Positions 8,921 to 18,361 of a DNA stretch of 64,000 nucleotides are shown here, in pieces. The DNA comes from a virus, in IMG/VR virus record IMGVR_UViG_3300010885_077086, positions 16,776 to 80,775 of that record. One strand, given 5' to 3'. The position numbers and the translations under genes were made by a program. Positions within the stretch are counted from its first letter, which is position 1, and each line of letters opens with the position of its first letter. Below the pieces are notes generated by a model. That model searched no databases, was not told the origin of the DNA, and saw only the letters and a list, made by a program, of their open reading frames with translations.

Positions 8921-9562
8921 CTAGGATATGTTAGTTGAAATAATTTTGTTTGATTTTTTCATATTTTCTATTTTTTCTAATGGCCTAAGATTTTCAAGGC
9001 ACCAGGCCTTTATAAAATTTTCATGCTCCATGCCATCATACTCTAGCAAAGAGTGTGGATAAATATGATCGACATGCCAATAAGAACCATAATTATTCCA
9101 ATTCATTTCTTCATCAAAATGAGATTCAAGATGTTGTTTAAGCTGAGGCAAAGTAAATGGCAAATATGACATACAAGAGCCTGACTTTTGATTGCCTTTT
9201 AGCATTTTTCTTATGGTTCGAGAAATATTTGTTCTTAATTTATAAGCACTATTATTATTTCTTTTTTCTATTTCTTTTTTATTTTTACAAGATCTACATA
9301 CGCTAGTTAAACCACTTGGCTGTATTTTATTTTTATAAAACTTATCTTTTTCTAATAAGAGATTGCAATTAGGGCACCACTTGTGGGTTTCTGTATTTAA
9401 TCTTGTACCCTTAAATTTTAGCTCATTCAATGGCTTTGCTTTTCTAATTGATTCGCATCTTTTACATTGGCTAGCGTAACCAGAAGCCGTATCATTTCTA
9501 GTGTAAAAGTTATAAATTGGCAAATTTTGATTACATTTTGAACAATTCTTATTTTCTAACAT
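8921..9562 (-). CDS. Free-standing HNH-type endonuclease with N-terminal CxxC zinc-finger repeats
   Basis: Two CxxC...CxxC units; MNWNNYGSYWHVDHIYP...CLENLRPLEKIENMKKSN HNH-like C-terminus; start ATG at 9562 after GGAG. Confidence 0.8.
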   Translation of the reverse strand: MLENKNCSKCNQNLPIYNFYTRNDTASGYASQCKRCESIRKAKPLNELKFKGTRLNTETHKWCPNCNLLLEKDKFYKNKIQPSGLTSVCRSCKNKKEIEKRNNNSAYKLRTNISRTIRKMLKGNQKSGSCMSYLPFTLPQLKQHLESHFDEEMNWNNYGSYWHVDHIYPHSLLEYDGMEHENFIKAWCLENLRPLEKIENMKKSNKIISTNIS

Positions 9563-9622
9563 TTTGGCGGAACTCCAAACCATATAAAAAAATTAGTATA
9601 TGATTTTGATTTCCGCCAAAAT
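9561..9622 (-). promoter_or_regulatory. RBS-sequestering hairpin with putative late promoter (TACTAAT) at its apex
   Basis: ATTTTGGCGGAA (9561-9572) and TTCCGCCAAAAT (9611-9622) are perfect complements; inner CATATA/TATATG; TACTAAT at 9598-9592. Confidence 0.75.
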
Positions 9623-9625
9623 TAA

Positions 9626-9994
9626 TCAATAAAGCTTCTTTCCGTTGTGGTTCCCATTACCACCAAACTCACCCACCATCTTTCCTCCAAATGAATCAGT
9701 ATGCATGATGTTTGTTGAGCCCAAATGGCAGCTCTTACCCTTATTAAACCCGGTAGAGTTTTTGTAAGCCTTCATATAAGCATTGGCATTAGTCTTATTA
9801 TCAAAGCGCATTACGGTGATCATGGTGGTCTTTCCATCCCCTGCTCCAACACCAATTGAGACGGGGGCCTTTTCTGTCTTGAGAGAGACAACGCAATCGG
9901 AACACTCGTTGATTTTTCCGCCAACCATAATCTTCTGAGCGGACTTTGTATCAAACTCTTCGCCACAATGAACGCAGGACTTAATCATTTGCAC
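9626..9994 (-). CDS. Hypothetical CxxC zinc-ribbon protein
   Basis: CVHC and CSDC; class-1 promoter upstream. Confidence 0.7.
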   Translation of the reverse strand: MQMIKSCVHCGEEFDTKSAQKIMVGGKINECSDCVVSLKTEKAPVSIGVGAGDGKTTMITVMRFDNKTNANAYMKAYKNSTGFNKGKSCHLGSTNIMHTDSFGGKMVGEFGGNGNHNGKKLY

Positions 9995-10004
9995 CTCGAC
10001 CCTA

Positions 10005-10034
10005 TTAATATATCCACCGTAGGGCGAAGATCAA
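10005..10034 (-). promoter_or_regulatory. Class-1 promoter within an imperfect hairpin
   Basis: TTGAT-N12-GTGGATATATTAA; flanks TCGACCCTAT/GTAGGGCGA pair with one bulge. Confidence 0.65.
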
Positions 10035-10051
10035 GTGGGGAACAAAAATTT

Positions 10052-10477
10052 CTAAGTTTTTTTCACGGCGTCAATTAGCCAAGAGGAAGATTGGGTCTTT
10101 CCACCGCCAACATTCCACAACATTTCTATTCCAAGCTCGGCACAAACCTCGCCCTCTGGTGTATTTCCAGCCTTTCTATCACCACCATTTGCAAAATAAT
10201 CTGGACAAATACGACGAAGGGCTTCACAAACAGTTCCATCTGAATCATCAACTGGAATTACGGATACAACTCCTTTAAATGCCATAATAATCTCTGCCCT
10301 TTCCTCCCAAGACATAAATTTATAGCCCTTCTTCCTCATGAGCCAATCGTCAGAATTAAGGATGACTACTACATCGCCATAGGTTGCTGCCTCAAGAATC
10401 ATTTTGACATGACCAGAGTGACATGGATCACAACCACCCGATACAGCTACTATTTTTCTTTTATTATCAATATTCAT
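10052..10477 (-). CDS. Cytidylyltransferase-family nucleotidyltransferase (HxGH class)
   Basis: VSGGCDPCHSGH, VILNSDDWL, FANGGDR, GGGKTQSSS motifs. Confidence 0.88.
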   Translation of the reverse strand: MNIDNKRKIVAVSGGCDPCHSGHVKMILEAATYGDVVVILNSDDWLMRKKGYKFMSWEERAEIIMAFKGVVSVIPVDDSDGTVCEALRRICPDYFANGGDRKAGNTPEGEVCAELGIEMLWNVGGGKTQSSSWLIDAVKKT

Positions 10478-10630
10478 ATTATATATCCTGTTGGAAGTAT
10501 TATCTATTAACTTAGTTACTATATATAGAGGGTTTTATATATATACTGCAAAATTTTTAAAAAGCTTAACCAAAAATAATTTTTTCTATTATTTTATTGA
10601 GAAGTGTATAAACAGTTTTATGGAGATTTT

Positions 10631-12580
10631 ATGAGAAAAGTAGATAACAGAAGTGGCATCTCAAAAAGAGCATTACTAACACCAACTTCCGCAGCAGACA
10701 TTGTTTACGCTATAGTTGGTGGCGATAGAACAGGATCTATGACTGGTGCATTTTCAAATTTAGTAAGAAATAATCCAGCAGAATTTAACAGAATTTATAA
10801 TACACTAAGTTCTGCAGAGAGAACTGCTCTTGGCAGTCATATGTCAGAAACCGGACTACTTAGAGAAATTGGATTTAGACCAGCAACAACCACTATGCCA
10901 ATTTCATATAGACCCGGAACAACAGCACTTAGGGGTGCAGGAACAGCATTGACAGGAACTGCAGAGACAGCAACTGTTGCTGCTCCTGTCGCAACAGAGG
11001 CGGCAACAGTTGCAGCGGCACCTGTCGCAACAGAAGTAGCGGCAGCAGGAGCAGGAACTGCCGCAACAGGAGCAGGAGTAACAGCCGCAGGAGCAATATC
11101 AATAGGTGCGGCAGCAGCAGCATTATTGGCATATCCAAAGATTGGACAGTTAATATATGGCGGAATTGATGAGGATCAGTTAAAAACAGGAGACCCATCT
11201 GATATATTAAGAACTGGCTTAATCAGAACTGTTCAGAATTATTGGCAGCCAATAATTGAGTGTGATGTAGCAGACTGGGACTACGGTGGAGATCTTTCAG
11301 ACATTGCAGATTTTGAAAATGCAAGAATAATAAAAAATTATGCTGACATTCTTCATGCCTCAACAACAAGCATTAGAATGAGAGATTATGCATTAAAGCA
11401 GATAACACTTGACAATATTTCTAGAGAGCTTGCCAATGCACAAGATCAGAGTGGTGGAAGTTGGGCCGCAAGATTTATAGTCGGAGGAAGAGACGATAGA
11501 TCTTATGATATGATAAGGAAAAGCCCCTGCGTAGCAAAGGGTGTGGCAGATTTCACAGGATGGGTTGCGCAGTATATTTCCACACTAAAGAGCCATGATC
11601 CTATCTTGGCAGCAAAGAGTGGTGGTGGAGAAGATAAACCAAATGTTCCACAGGGCGGTGGTAACGGCGGTGGTAATGGTGGCGGTGGAGGAGGAGTTCC
11701 AAGAACAACAAGAAACGAGAGTCTTGATTATGTTGGTGCATCAGAGATAATGATTGAAAAGGGATTCCTCGATACAGTTCAAACAAGCTGGACTCCAAAA
11801 TTCGATAGTGCATTTAGAGGCTTTGTTGATGCTGCAACAAAAGCAGCAGAAAATATTAATGATACAAAATTAGTTTCAGGTCAAACTTGGGGAGAGGCTT
11901 CTGATGAAATTGGATTCACACCAGATGCTCGCGGTGGAATAATTGCAGTAAAGAGATTGGCAAAGTTTATTGGAACAGAAAAAGTACCATCTACAACTGG
12001 AGAAGATAAGCCTGCTACACCAGAAGCACCAAAGGGAGAGGCTCCAGCAGTATCTGGAAAGGTAAATGTCTTAGCAGAGATGATTGGAATTCTTTATAAC
12101 GAAAGACTTGTTGAGGGAGGCGGATTCTTATCTTATGAAAAGAAACAAACTCAGAGTCTCGTTGATGCAATTGGTGGCGCTGGACCTTCTGGATTTCCAA
12201 ATGCTGCCAAGGTTCTTCTAAAGAGAAATCCTCAATTAGAATCAGTTGTTCCAGACAAACTAGCTACTCCAATCACAAAGAAGACAATAAAGGGAACAGA
12301 ATTGGCTACAGCCTTTAAGATGGTTCAGCAGACAATTCACGACATTTATGAGTCAGCAAATCCAGGTATGATAAATCCAGGAAAGAACAAGGCAACTGAA
12401 AATGTTAAGAAGTACCTCGGAACAATGGCTGGTGGTAGCTGGAAAGAAGCAAGCTTTTCTCAGAACCGTTTTGTAAAATTAGCCGAAGAGCGTAGAGAAA
12501 GAATTAGAAGAGAAATCGAGGCTAATTTAACTCCAGCTGAAAGAGCAGCAATGAGAAGACTAAGAGTTAGAGGAGCATAA
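10631..12580 (+). CDS. Large low-complexity protein, probable virion/internal head protein
   Basis: GGAG RBS + ATG 10631; Ala/Thr-rich stretch, hydrophobic segment, Gly linker; C-terminal domain paralogous to next gene; TTCTATTA upstream. Confidence 0.7.
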   Translation: MRKVDNRSGISKRALLTPTSAADIVYAIVGGDRTGSMTGAFSNLVRNNPAEFNRIYNTLSSAERTALGSHMSETGLLREIGFRPATTTMPISYRPGTTALRGAGTALTGTAETATVAAPVATEAATVAAAPVATEVAAAGAGTAATGAGVTAAGAISIGAAAAALLAYPKIGQLIYGGIDEDQLKTGDPSDILRTGLIRTVQNYWQPIIECDVADWDYGGDLSDIADFENARIIKNYADILHASTTSIRMRDYALKQITLDNISRELANAQDQSGGSWAARFIVGGRDDRSYDMIRKSPCVAKGVADFTGWVAQYISTLKSHDPILAAKSGGGEDKPNVPQGGGNGGGNGGGGGGVPRTTRNESLDYVGASEIMIEKGFLDTVQTSWTPKFDSAFRGFVDAATKAAENINDTKLVSGQTWGEASDEIGFTPDARGGIIAVKRLAKFIGTEKVPSTTGEDKPATPEAPKGEAPAVSGKVNVLAEMIGILYNERLVEGGGFLSYEKKQTQSLVDAIGGAGPSGFPNAAKVLLKRNPQLESVVPDKLATPITKKTIKGTELATAFKMVQQTIHDIYESANPGMINPGKNKATENVKKYLGTMAGGSWKEASFSQNRFVKLAEERRERIRREIEANLTPAERAAMRRLRVRGA

Positions 12581-12581
12581 T

Positions 12582-14042
12582 ATGAGTAGCTTGAGATTGG
12601 CAAAATTAGCACAGTTAATGAAGGAAGCAAAAGAACAATATTTTAATCTATATAATAATATGGATGACCCAATATATGTAAACCAGAAGGGTCGCACAAT
12701 AAGCGATGTTGAGGTTTTGCCAGGAAAAACACTATCTGGCTGCATTACAAGTTCCGATCTAACTGTCTATTATAGAAACTTGATGAAAGGAAAAGACTCA
12801 AAGGTTATTAGCTCAAATGAACTAATAGCACTACTCCCATCCTTAACTACAAAAAAGGGCGAGCTAAGTCCAACTTTAAATGTATCTAAAGTTCTAATTA
12901 ATGTTGTTATTGAGAAATATAACTCTGCTAATAAATTGGCTGGAATGAGAAAAGTTGCTGAAGATGGGCAAAGCTATGATGATACAGAATATCCAGAAGT
13001 AACTGCCGCAGAAACAAAAGAAAGTTATATTGCAAGAGCAAAAGGATTAGGATCATCACAAAGTGATGCTCAACTTGGGGCAAATTATGATAGATCTGTT
13101 GCTTCTTATTCTGCACAAAATTCTGGTTCAAGTAATAGTACAACCAAAAAGATTCAGACAACAAGAAAAGCACCAGCAAGAGCATATTCTGATGTAATAA
13201 AAAGAGATCTTTGGAAAAAAACAGTAAAAGATAATGCTGGATATACATTTGTAATAGGTGCAGATGGAAAAAGCCTAACATATAGCAAAAATAACTCTCC
13301 GGCAAAAACACTAAATCAGTCCTATGGAAATTGGCCTCAGTTAGTTAAAAATATAGATGGACTTACTCCTGTTGCTGGATCAGATTCTGCTGCAGCAACA
13401 ACTGGTGCTACAGATGCTGCAAGGCCAGCAGAAGCGGCAACACCAGCAAAGACTGAAGAGGCAAAGCCAGCTGCAACAGACTTTAGCGCAAAAGAAACAG
13501 TTTTAGGCCAAGTACTACAAAAAATGTATGACAATAAGCTTGTTGGAACGCCAGGCATTGATTTTGTAAAAGAGTCAAGAAGAGCAAAGATAATTATGGA
13601 TGGTGCAGGATCTGGCCCAGGAACTGGAAAATCTGCTGCATATGCAGTTGCAAAGCTGATTTTAAATGAGAATGCAGGATTAGAGGCCTCAATTCCTAGT
13701 TCATATGCAGAGGCAATATCAAGCAAACAATTTCTAACTCCTCTTCAAGAGGCTATAAATGCATTTTATGATAATGCATTTAAATGGTCAAGAACAGCAG
13801 CAGGCCCAGAACATGCAGGATTCTGGAAGAGATTAGGAGGAAGAACTCTTGATGATAAGGCGGCAACAACAATATTGGCCGGATATATAAGAAGTGGTCT
13901 TGGCGCAAGAATAACAAGATCATCAAGCCACGTTGATCCAAAGATAAAAAAGCTTGCAACACTTCGCAGACTAAGGGTTCGCTCTCAGATGGAAGCTGCA
14001 ACAGAATCATCAACCAGATTTGGTCGCTCTAGAATTTCTTAA
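12582..14042 (+). CDS. Large protein paralogous in its C-terminal half to 10631..12580; probable virion protein
   Basis: AGGAG RBS; shared domain and RRLRVR terminal motif; multiple K-x-A sites. Confidence 0.7.
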   Translation: MSSLRLAKLAQLMKEAKEQYFNLYNNMDDPIYVNQKGRTISDVEVLPGKTLSGCITSSDLTVYYRNLMKGKDSKVISSNELIALLPSLTTKKGELSPTLNVSKVLINVVIEKYNSANKLAGMRKVAEDGQSYDDTEYPEVTAAETKESYIARAKGLGSSQSDAQLGANYDRSVASYSAQNSGSSNSTTKKIQTTRKAPARAYSDVIKRDLWKKTVKDNAGYTFVIGADGKSLTYSKNNSPAKTLNQSYGNWPQLVKNIDGLTPVAGSDSAAATTGATDAARPAEAATPAKTEEAKPAATDFSAKETVLGQVLQKMYDNKLVGTPGIDFVKESRRAKIIMDGAGSGPGTGKSAAYAVAKLILNENAGLEASIPSSYAEAISSKQFLTPLQEAINAFYDNAFKWSRTAAGPEHAGFWKRLGGRTLDDKAATTILAGYIRSGLGARITRSSSHVDPKIKKLATLRRLRVRSQMEAATESSTRFGRSRIS

Positions 14043-14301
14043 TCTTTAAGATTAGCTCTCCAGAGCCCTTAACCAAACGATGCCACTCACCCTTACGGAT
14101 TGAGTGGCAATCTCCTTTCATAAGTAATACGGGAAGGGCATTGTCTCTCTGAAACTCCCAACCATCGCCAGCGACTAGGCTAATCTCCCTGTCCTCTCCA
14201 TCCCTGTGCCATGTAAGCTCTTCGTCGTGAACACTATCAGAAAAGCGACGGATAAACCACCCGTCGCCCTCTTCAACCTCTTTAAAAGGTAAGCCTACCA
14301 T
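14029..14301 (-). CDS. Small cupin-like phage protein
   Basis: ELTWHRD.EDR...W.FQ.DN.LP...I.KGEWHRL.KG pattern. Confidence 0.7.
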   Translation of the reverse strand: MVGLPFKEVEEGDGWFIRRFSDSVHDEELTWHRDGEDREISLVAGDGWEFQRDNALPVLLMKGDCHSIRKGEWHRLVKGSGELILKIKKF

Positions 14302-14957
14302 CTACCCTCAAACTTTAGGCCTAGCTGCTTCTTATAGCGGTGTAGATTGCAAGACCAATATCTTGCACCGGTCTTTGGGCCGGGATTATCGCAGTTATGT
14401 CTGGCAAGGAATGACTTTCTTCTCTCTGGATTATTTGCCTTAACAGAAAGATTTGCATCACCAAAGGTTATTGTTTTTACGTTGCCTGTTGCAGGATTTT
14501 TAACGTGAACAATAAATTTCTTTTTGCCGTGACCAGGATCATTCTTTCCAATTCTTCTTGGAGAATTTAATCTTCCTGGGCTTTTCTTTTTCTTTTTATC
14601 AGCAGCTGTCTTAACATAATAAGATTCATCGTCATCAATCTCTATTGGAAGATCGAGAGGAACCTCAACTCCATCTAGCATGGCAGTCTTGCCAATGTCG
14701 GTATTTAGGAGCCATTCGTCCTCTTCGCAAACAGAGAGTGCTCCCATCTTCCAAAGATCCCTTGCCTCATTGAATAGTGAGAGATACTCTGAAGAGTGAA
14801 TACGGAATGTATTTGAAGCAAGCTTAATTCTGTTGTCAAGATGATACTTTAAAGCTGCTGATACTTGAAGCTCTGGAATAAGCAGAACTGCTCCCTTGCT
14901 CTTTTCAATTTTATCTGAAAGTGATGCTATTTTTTGAATTCTTTCTGCCCTATCCAT
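14295..14957 (-). CDS. Conserved viral protein with basic C-terminal domain (DUF5754-like)
   Basis: KKF.VHV...KTITFGD...RRKSFLARH.C...ARYWSC; TACTAAT upstream; N-terminal QKIAS. Confidence 0.7.
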   Translation of the reverse strand: MDRAERIQKIASLSDKIEKSKGAVLLIPELQVSAALKYHLDNRIKLASNTFRIHSSEYLSLFNEARDLWKMGALSVCEEDEWLLNTDIGKTAMLDGVEVPLDLPIEIDDDESYYVKTAADKKKKKSPGRLNSPRRIGKNDPGHGKKKFIVHVKNPATGNVKTITFGDANLSVKANNPERRKSFLARHNCDNPGPKTGARYWSCNLHRYKKQLGLKFEGRW

Positions 14958-14994
14958 TCTTTCTCCATTTAAAATTATAGAGAAGTATTAGTAC

Positions 14995-15020
14995 AAAAAA
15001 GGCGGGGTCAATGCCCCGCC
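14995..15020 (-). terminator. Rho-independent terminator
   Basis: GGCGGGG/CCCCGCC + T6 on the minus strand. Confidence 0.8.
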
Positions 15021-15049
15021 AAATTAATTCTTTTAGAATTTAAATTAAA

Positions 15050-15895
15050 TCAACTACTTGATCCAAGTAGCCGATTATTCAGAATCTCCTTTGCGCGCTT
15101 CTTCTTAAGGTGGGTACTACCAAGCATCATCGGAATAAGAGCTGCATCAATCTTTTGAAGAGCCTGACAGAAAATATCTGCGGAACGGTCATTTATAAAG
15201 GAAGCAAGTCGAGCATCGCCAGCAGCAAGAATATTGATAGCATAACGCCTTACGGGGGCATGAGGATCTTTAATCATCTTGTCCACATTTGATACGGGGC
15301 CAAGCTTAATATAGGCAGCAAGCCGAACCTTATCGTAATCTGAATCCAAAAAAATTGGAGCATCAGAAGGATCGCAAAGCTCCAAAGCATGAGACTGCAT
15401 ATTTAGCGGAAGAGATAGGATCATCTTGTTTTTTACGGACTCAAAAAGAAAGTCCATATTTATTAGATTTCTAGATACAATCCTAGCCTTAATATCGTCG
15501 CTGGTTGTTTTAGAAAAAAGAGCCTTCTTTGCAAGCTCTGGCTTTGAGACAAGCCAAGAAGATATATTCTCTAGCAGCTGCCAATCCATATACCTTGAGT
15601 TATTATTTCCCTGTAGTGCCCCAGATACAAGCAAAAAAGAATTAACATTAAAAAGCATTGAGATATAATGTGCTTCGGTTAATAGTGTTTGCTGATAGAG
15701 AACGTCTCCACTATTAATATAAACATACCTACTTGGATTACCAGCTGCGACATTTGCAGCCCTCTGCTTTGTCTCAAGGTTTGATCGAATTGTTGAAAAG
15801 TTATTCCAAATTCTAGAATATTCATTGTTGTCAATTTGAACGAGCTGAGGATTAAAGGTATCAAGAAGAACATCGTTAACAGTTAGGCTGTGCAT
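15050..15895 (-). CDS. HEAT-like repeat protein
   Basis: D-x-x-x-x-V-R repeats (DSDYDKVRLAAY, DPHAPVRRYAI, DRSADIFCQAL). Confidence 0.7.
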   Translation of the reverse strand: MHSLTVNDVLLDTFNPQLVQIDNNEYSRIWNNFSTIRSNLETKQRAANVAAGNPSRYVYINSGDVLYQQTLLTEAHYISMLFNVNSFLLVSGALQGNNNSRYMDWQLLENISSWLVSKPELAKKALFSKTTSDDIKARIVSRNLINMDFLFESVKNKMILSLPLNMQSHALELCDPSDAPIFLDSDYDKVRLAAYIKLGPVSNVDKMIKDPHAPVRRYAINILAAGDARLASFINDRSADIFCQALQKIDAALIPMMLGSTHLKKKRAKEILNNRLLGSSS

Positions 15896-16134
15896 TACTT
15901 ATTTTCTCCTAAAATAATGTTCATAAGCTTATTGTAGAATTTAATATCGGCAAGAGCTTCTTTAAAAATATATATTGTAACAATGAAATTTAAAATTGGC
16001 ATTAGGGTGAATGGAAAAAGTCCTTCTGCATCGTCCCTAGTCATAACATTTCTTTGACAAGCCCTACGAAGAGCTAGCCAAAGCGTAAGCATTGGCAAAA
16101 GGTAAAAGAATCCAATTACTGAAAATATAATCAT
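15895..16134 (-). CDS. Small two-TM membrane protein
   Basis: Two hydrophobic segments; translationally coupled. Confidence 0.6.
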   Translation of the reverse strand: MIIFSVIGFFYLLPMLTLWLALRRACQRNVMTRDDAEGLFPFTLMPILNFIVTIYIFKEALADIKFYNKLMNIILGENK

Positions 16135-16550
16135 TTATCACCAACTTTTGTAACATTCACTCCAAATTCTCTTAGAAGATCTATTCCAGAAGAATCTCTA
16201 TAATCCTCTAGATAGAATACCTCATCAATTGAAGCATTTAGAATTAACTTTGCACAGGCCAAGCAGGGAGAGAGTGTAACATACATCTTTTTTCCCTTTG
16301 GATTATTATAGTCCATTTTAATCAGCGCATTATTTTCTGCATGAATAAAGCCAGACTTTCCCGGTTCATCGGACTCAACTATGTTCTTTCCGCCACGATG
16401 ATTTCCATTGTAGCCAACGGCAAGAACCTGTGTATTGTCGTCAGTTACGATAACTGCGCCAACCTTAAATCTAGGGTCATAAGACCTCTGCGCTATGATC
16501 TTTGCAAAGTCGGACCAAATCTGATCCCAAGTGGGTCGTTCCATGCTCAT
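16131..16550 (-). CDS. dCMP deaminase
   Basis: RPTWD, KVGAVIV, GYNG, HAENNAL, TLSPCLAC motifs. Confidence 0.93.
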   Translation of the reverse strand: MSMERPTWDQIWSDFAKIIAQRSYDPRFKVGAVIVTDDNTQVLAVGYNGNHRGGKNIVESDEPGKSGFIHAENNALIKMDYNNPKGKKMYVTLSPCLACAKLILNASIDEVFYLEDYRDSSGIDLLREFGVNVTKVGDK

Positions 16551-16578
16551 AACTTATGCACCGCTGGAGAAAAGTCAA
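16549..16578 (-). promoter_or_regulatory. Class-1 promoter abutting the dCMP deaminase start
   Basis: TTGAC-N12-GTGCATAAGTTAT. Confidence 0.7.
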
Positions 16579-17114
16579 TCCCTAGTATCAACTTTTTCAA
16601 ATTTAAATAGAGAGTCCATATTATAATAGGTTGTATCTTGGATAAAATCGCTTTTATTTTCTCTAAGAAAAACCTTTGTATGGATTGAATAGAGTCCAGA
16701 TGAAGGCGGAATACCTACGGTAAACCTATACTCAACCTCTCCTCCACCATCTACATATGAATATTTCCAATCTGGAGGAAAAAGCGGTGTCTTATCTACT
16801 GCTTTAATTGGAAATTCTACCGCTTTAATACCATCAATATCTATTATCTTATATTCAGAATTAGATGGAAGATGTCTTACAAAAAACTCTGCTTTATCAA
16901 AATATAGTCTAACTGACCCGTTATTCTTTACCCTAACCCAAACAATAGCCACCAATCCTGTATTGGATCTTCTAATGGTTTTTATACCTGACTCTAGTTT
17001 TGGCTTTGGGTAAAGCTCTCTTTTTAAAAGAAAGTCTTTTAAGATCCAGATACCGGCAGCAAAAGAAGTAATTGTTGGAAAAAGCACCTTTGGATCAGAG
17101 AATATCTCTATCAT
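16575..17114 (-). CDS. Membrane-anchored beta-rich hypothetical protein
   Basis: N-terminal TM followed by beta-strand-rich domain. Confidence 0.65.
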   Translation of the reverse strand: MIEIFSDPKVLFPTITSFAAGIWILKDFLLKRELYPKPKLESGIKTIRRSNTGLVAIVWVRVKNNGSVRLYFDKAEFFVRHLPSNSEYKIIDIDGIKAVEFPIKAVDKTPLFPPDWKYSYVDGGGEVEYRFTVGIPPSSGLYSIHTKVFLRENKSDFIQDTTYYNMDSLFKFEKVDTRD

Positions 17115-17443
17115 GTTAGTTTTAGCTCCGACAGCCTAAATAATATCCAATCCATGCATTGTGGCGTGTTTTCTTGGGCATAGGCAAACCATTCTTGCTT
17201 TGATGACTCAATCATTTCTTCATCTTTGAAGGTGTAGAATATTAGTTCATTTCCAGAGGCATGATAATGCTCTAAAAGCCAAATTATCTCTTTTCCATCC
17301 CACCACCCAAGAGAAGCAACATCAGAAGTTCCTTTTATTGGTATAAAAAAGAACATTCTGTGCTCTGGAAAATCAAAGCTATCGCTATCCCAAAAATTCC
17401 AAGGTAATGGCAAAGGCTCTAAGATTGAGTCAGGCATTACCAT
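17111..17443 (-). CDS. Hypothetical protein, 'W-x-L-F-N' family
   Basis: Ends FAYAQENTPQCMDWILFRLSEL. Confidence 0.7.
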   Translation of the reverse strand: MVMPDSILEPLPLPWNFWDSDSFDFPEHRMFFFIPIKGTSDVASLGWWDGKEIIWLLEHYHASGNELIFYTFKDEEMIESSKQEWFAYAQENTPQCMDWILFRLSELKLT

Positions 17444-18230
17444 TTCCTGTCAATTTTGCAAGAAAGATCTTCTTTGTTTCCTTATCATACTGAGAGAGCT
17501 TATTAAATAGATCAAGATAAAATGGAATTTCATCTGCAGAAAGATGATATGCTAGCTTATTAAAGATATCTCGCTCATAAAATGGAATTTTGTCACCGGC
17601 CTCCTTCTTTTGAACAAGCTCTCTGATCTCTTCGGCGTTAAACTCATCATTAAGAAATGCTCGGCTTCTATTGTAGCGATAGCCGGACGACTTCTCTACG
17701 TCAAGCATATTGATGTAGCCAATGCGGATAGAGAGCCTATTTAGAATAGCTGCATTCTTTTCTGTGTTTACTATTTCAAGAAGATCCTTAACGGGAAGAA
17801 TATTTACTGCAAGCTTCCTAGCGCGAGTGTCGCGTGACTTAAGGCCAATCCTTGCAGCCTTAAGCTTATCCTTGCCAAGTGCTGAGTTAATAGTTGCAAT
17901 ACGAAATACCCCAGCAGAAAGTGTAATAAGATCCTTCTTATGCTTTGCTGATGTATAAATAAGCTTCTTTACTGCCTTAGAAATTATAGAATAATAATTC
18001 TTAAGGTTTACAACTGGCGGTGTATTATAGCTACAGGTATATATCGGATAAGAGTTCCAATGGCGATCAGAAATTACTGCACGAAATTCTGTTGTGTTGA
18101 GAGACTTCATGTGCTCAAAAAGCTTATCTGATGTACCCCCAAGTGCATCACTATTAGAATAACGACTCCTTCCAATTTCTGGATAATTTGTGGAAAGATG
18201 ATCGTAAAAATCTGAGATATGCTTCTTCAT
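17430..18230 (-). CDS. HEAT-like helical protein
   Basis: LKSRDTRARKLAVNIL repeat unit; start MKKHISD after GAGG. Confidence 0.7.
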   Translation of the reverse strand: MKKHISDFYDHLSTNYPEIGRSRYSNSDALGGTSDKLFEHMKSLNTTEFRAVISDRHWNSYPIYTCSYNTPPVVNLKNYYSIISKAVKKLIYTSAKHKKDLITLSAGVFRIATINSALGKDKLKAARIGLKSRDTRARKLAVNILPVKDLLEIVNTEKNAAILNRLSIRIGYINMLDVEKSSGYRYNRSRAFLNDEFNAEEIRELVQKKEAGDKIPFYERDIFNKLAYHLSADEIPFYLDLFNKLSQYDKETKKIFLAKLTGNGNA

Positions 18231-18278
18231 TCTCGCCTCGCCATTTAGGGTTGCGCCGAATATGCTCTTCCGGCCTGC

Positions 18279-18308
18279 ATAATCTAAGCACAAAAAGAAG
18301 AAGGTCAA
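18279..18308 (-). promoter_or_regulatory. Class-1 promoter
   Basis: TTGAC-N12-GTGCTTAGATTAT. Confidence 0.8.
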
Positions 18309-18361
18309 GTGGCAGTCTGATTTTTTTCAGCTAATATCTATTGAAAATAAGAAGAGGAACT

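Noticed and set aside
11618-11697. GGT/GGC repeat tract as a DNA repeat element
   Set aside because: Encodes a Gly-rich linker inside the 10631 protein
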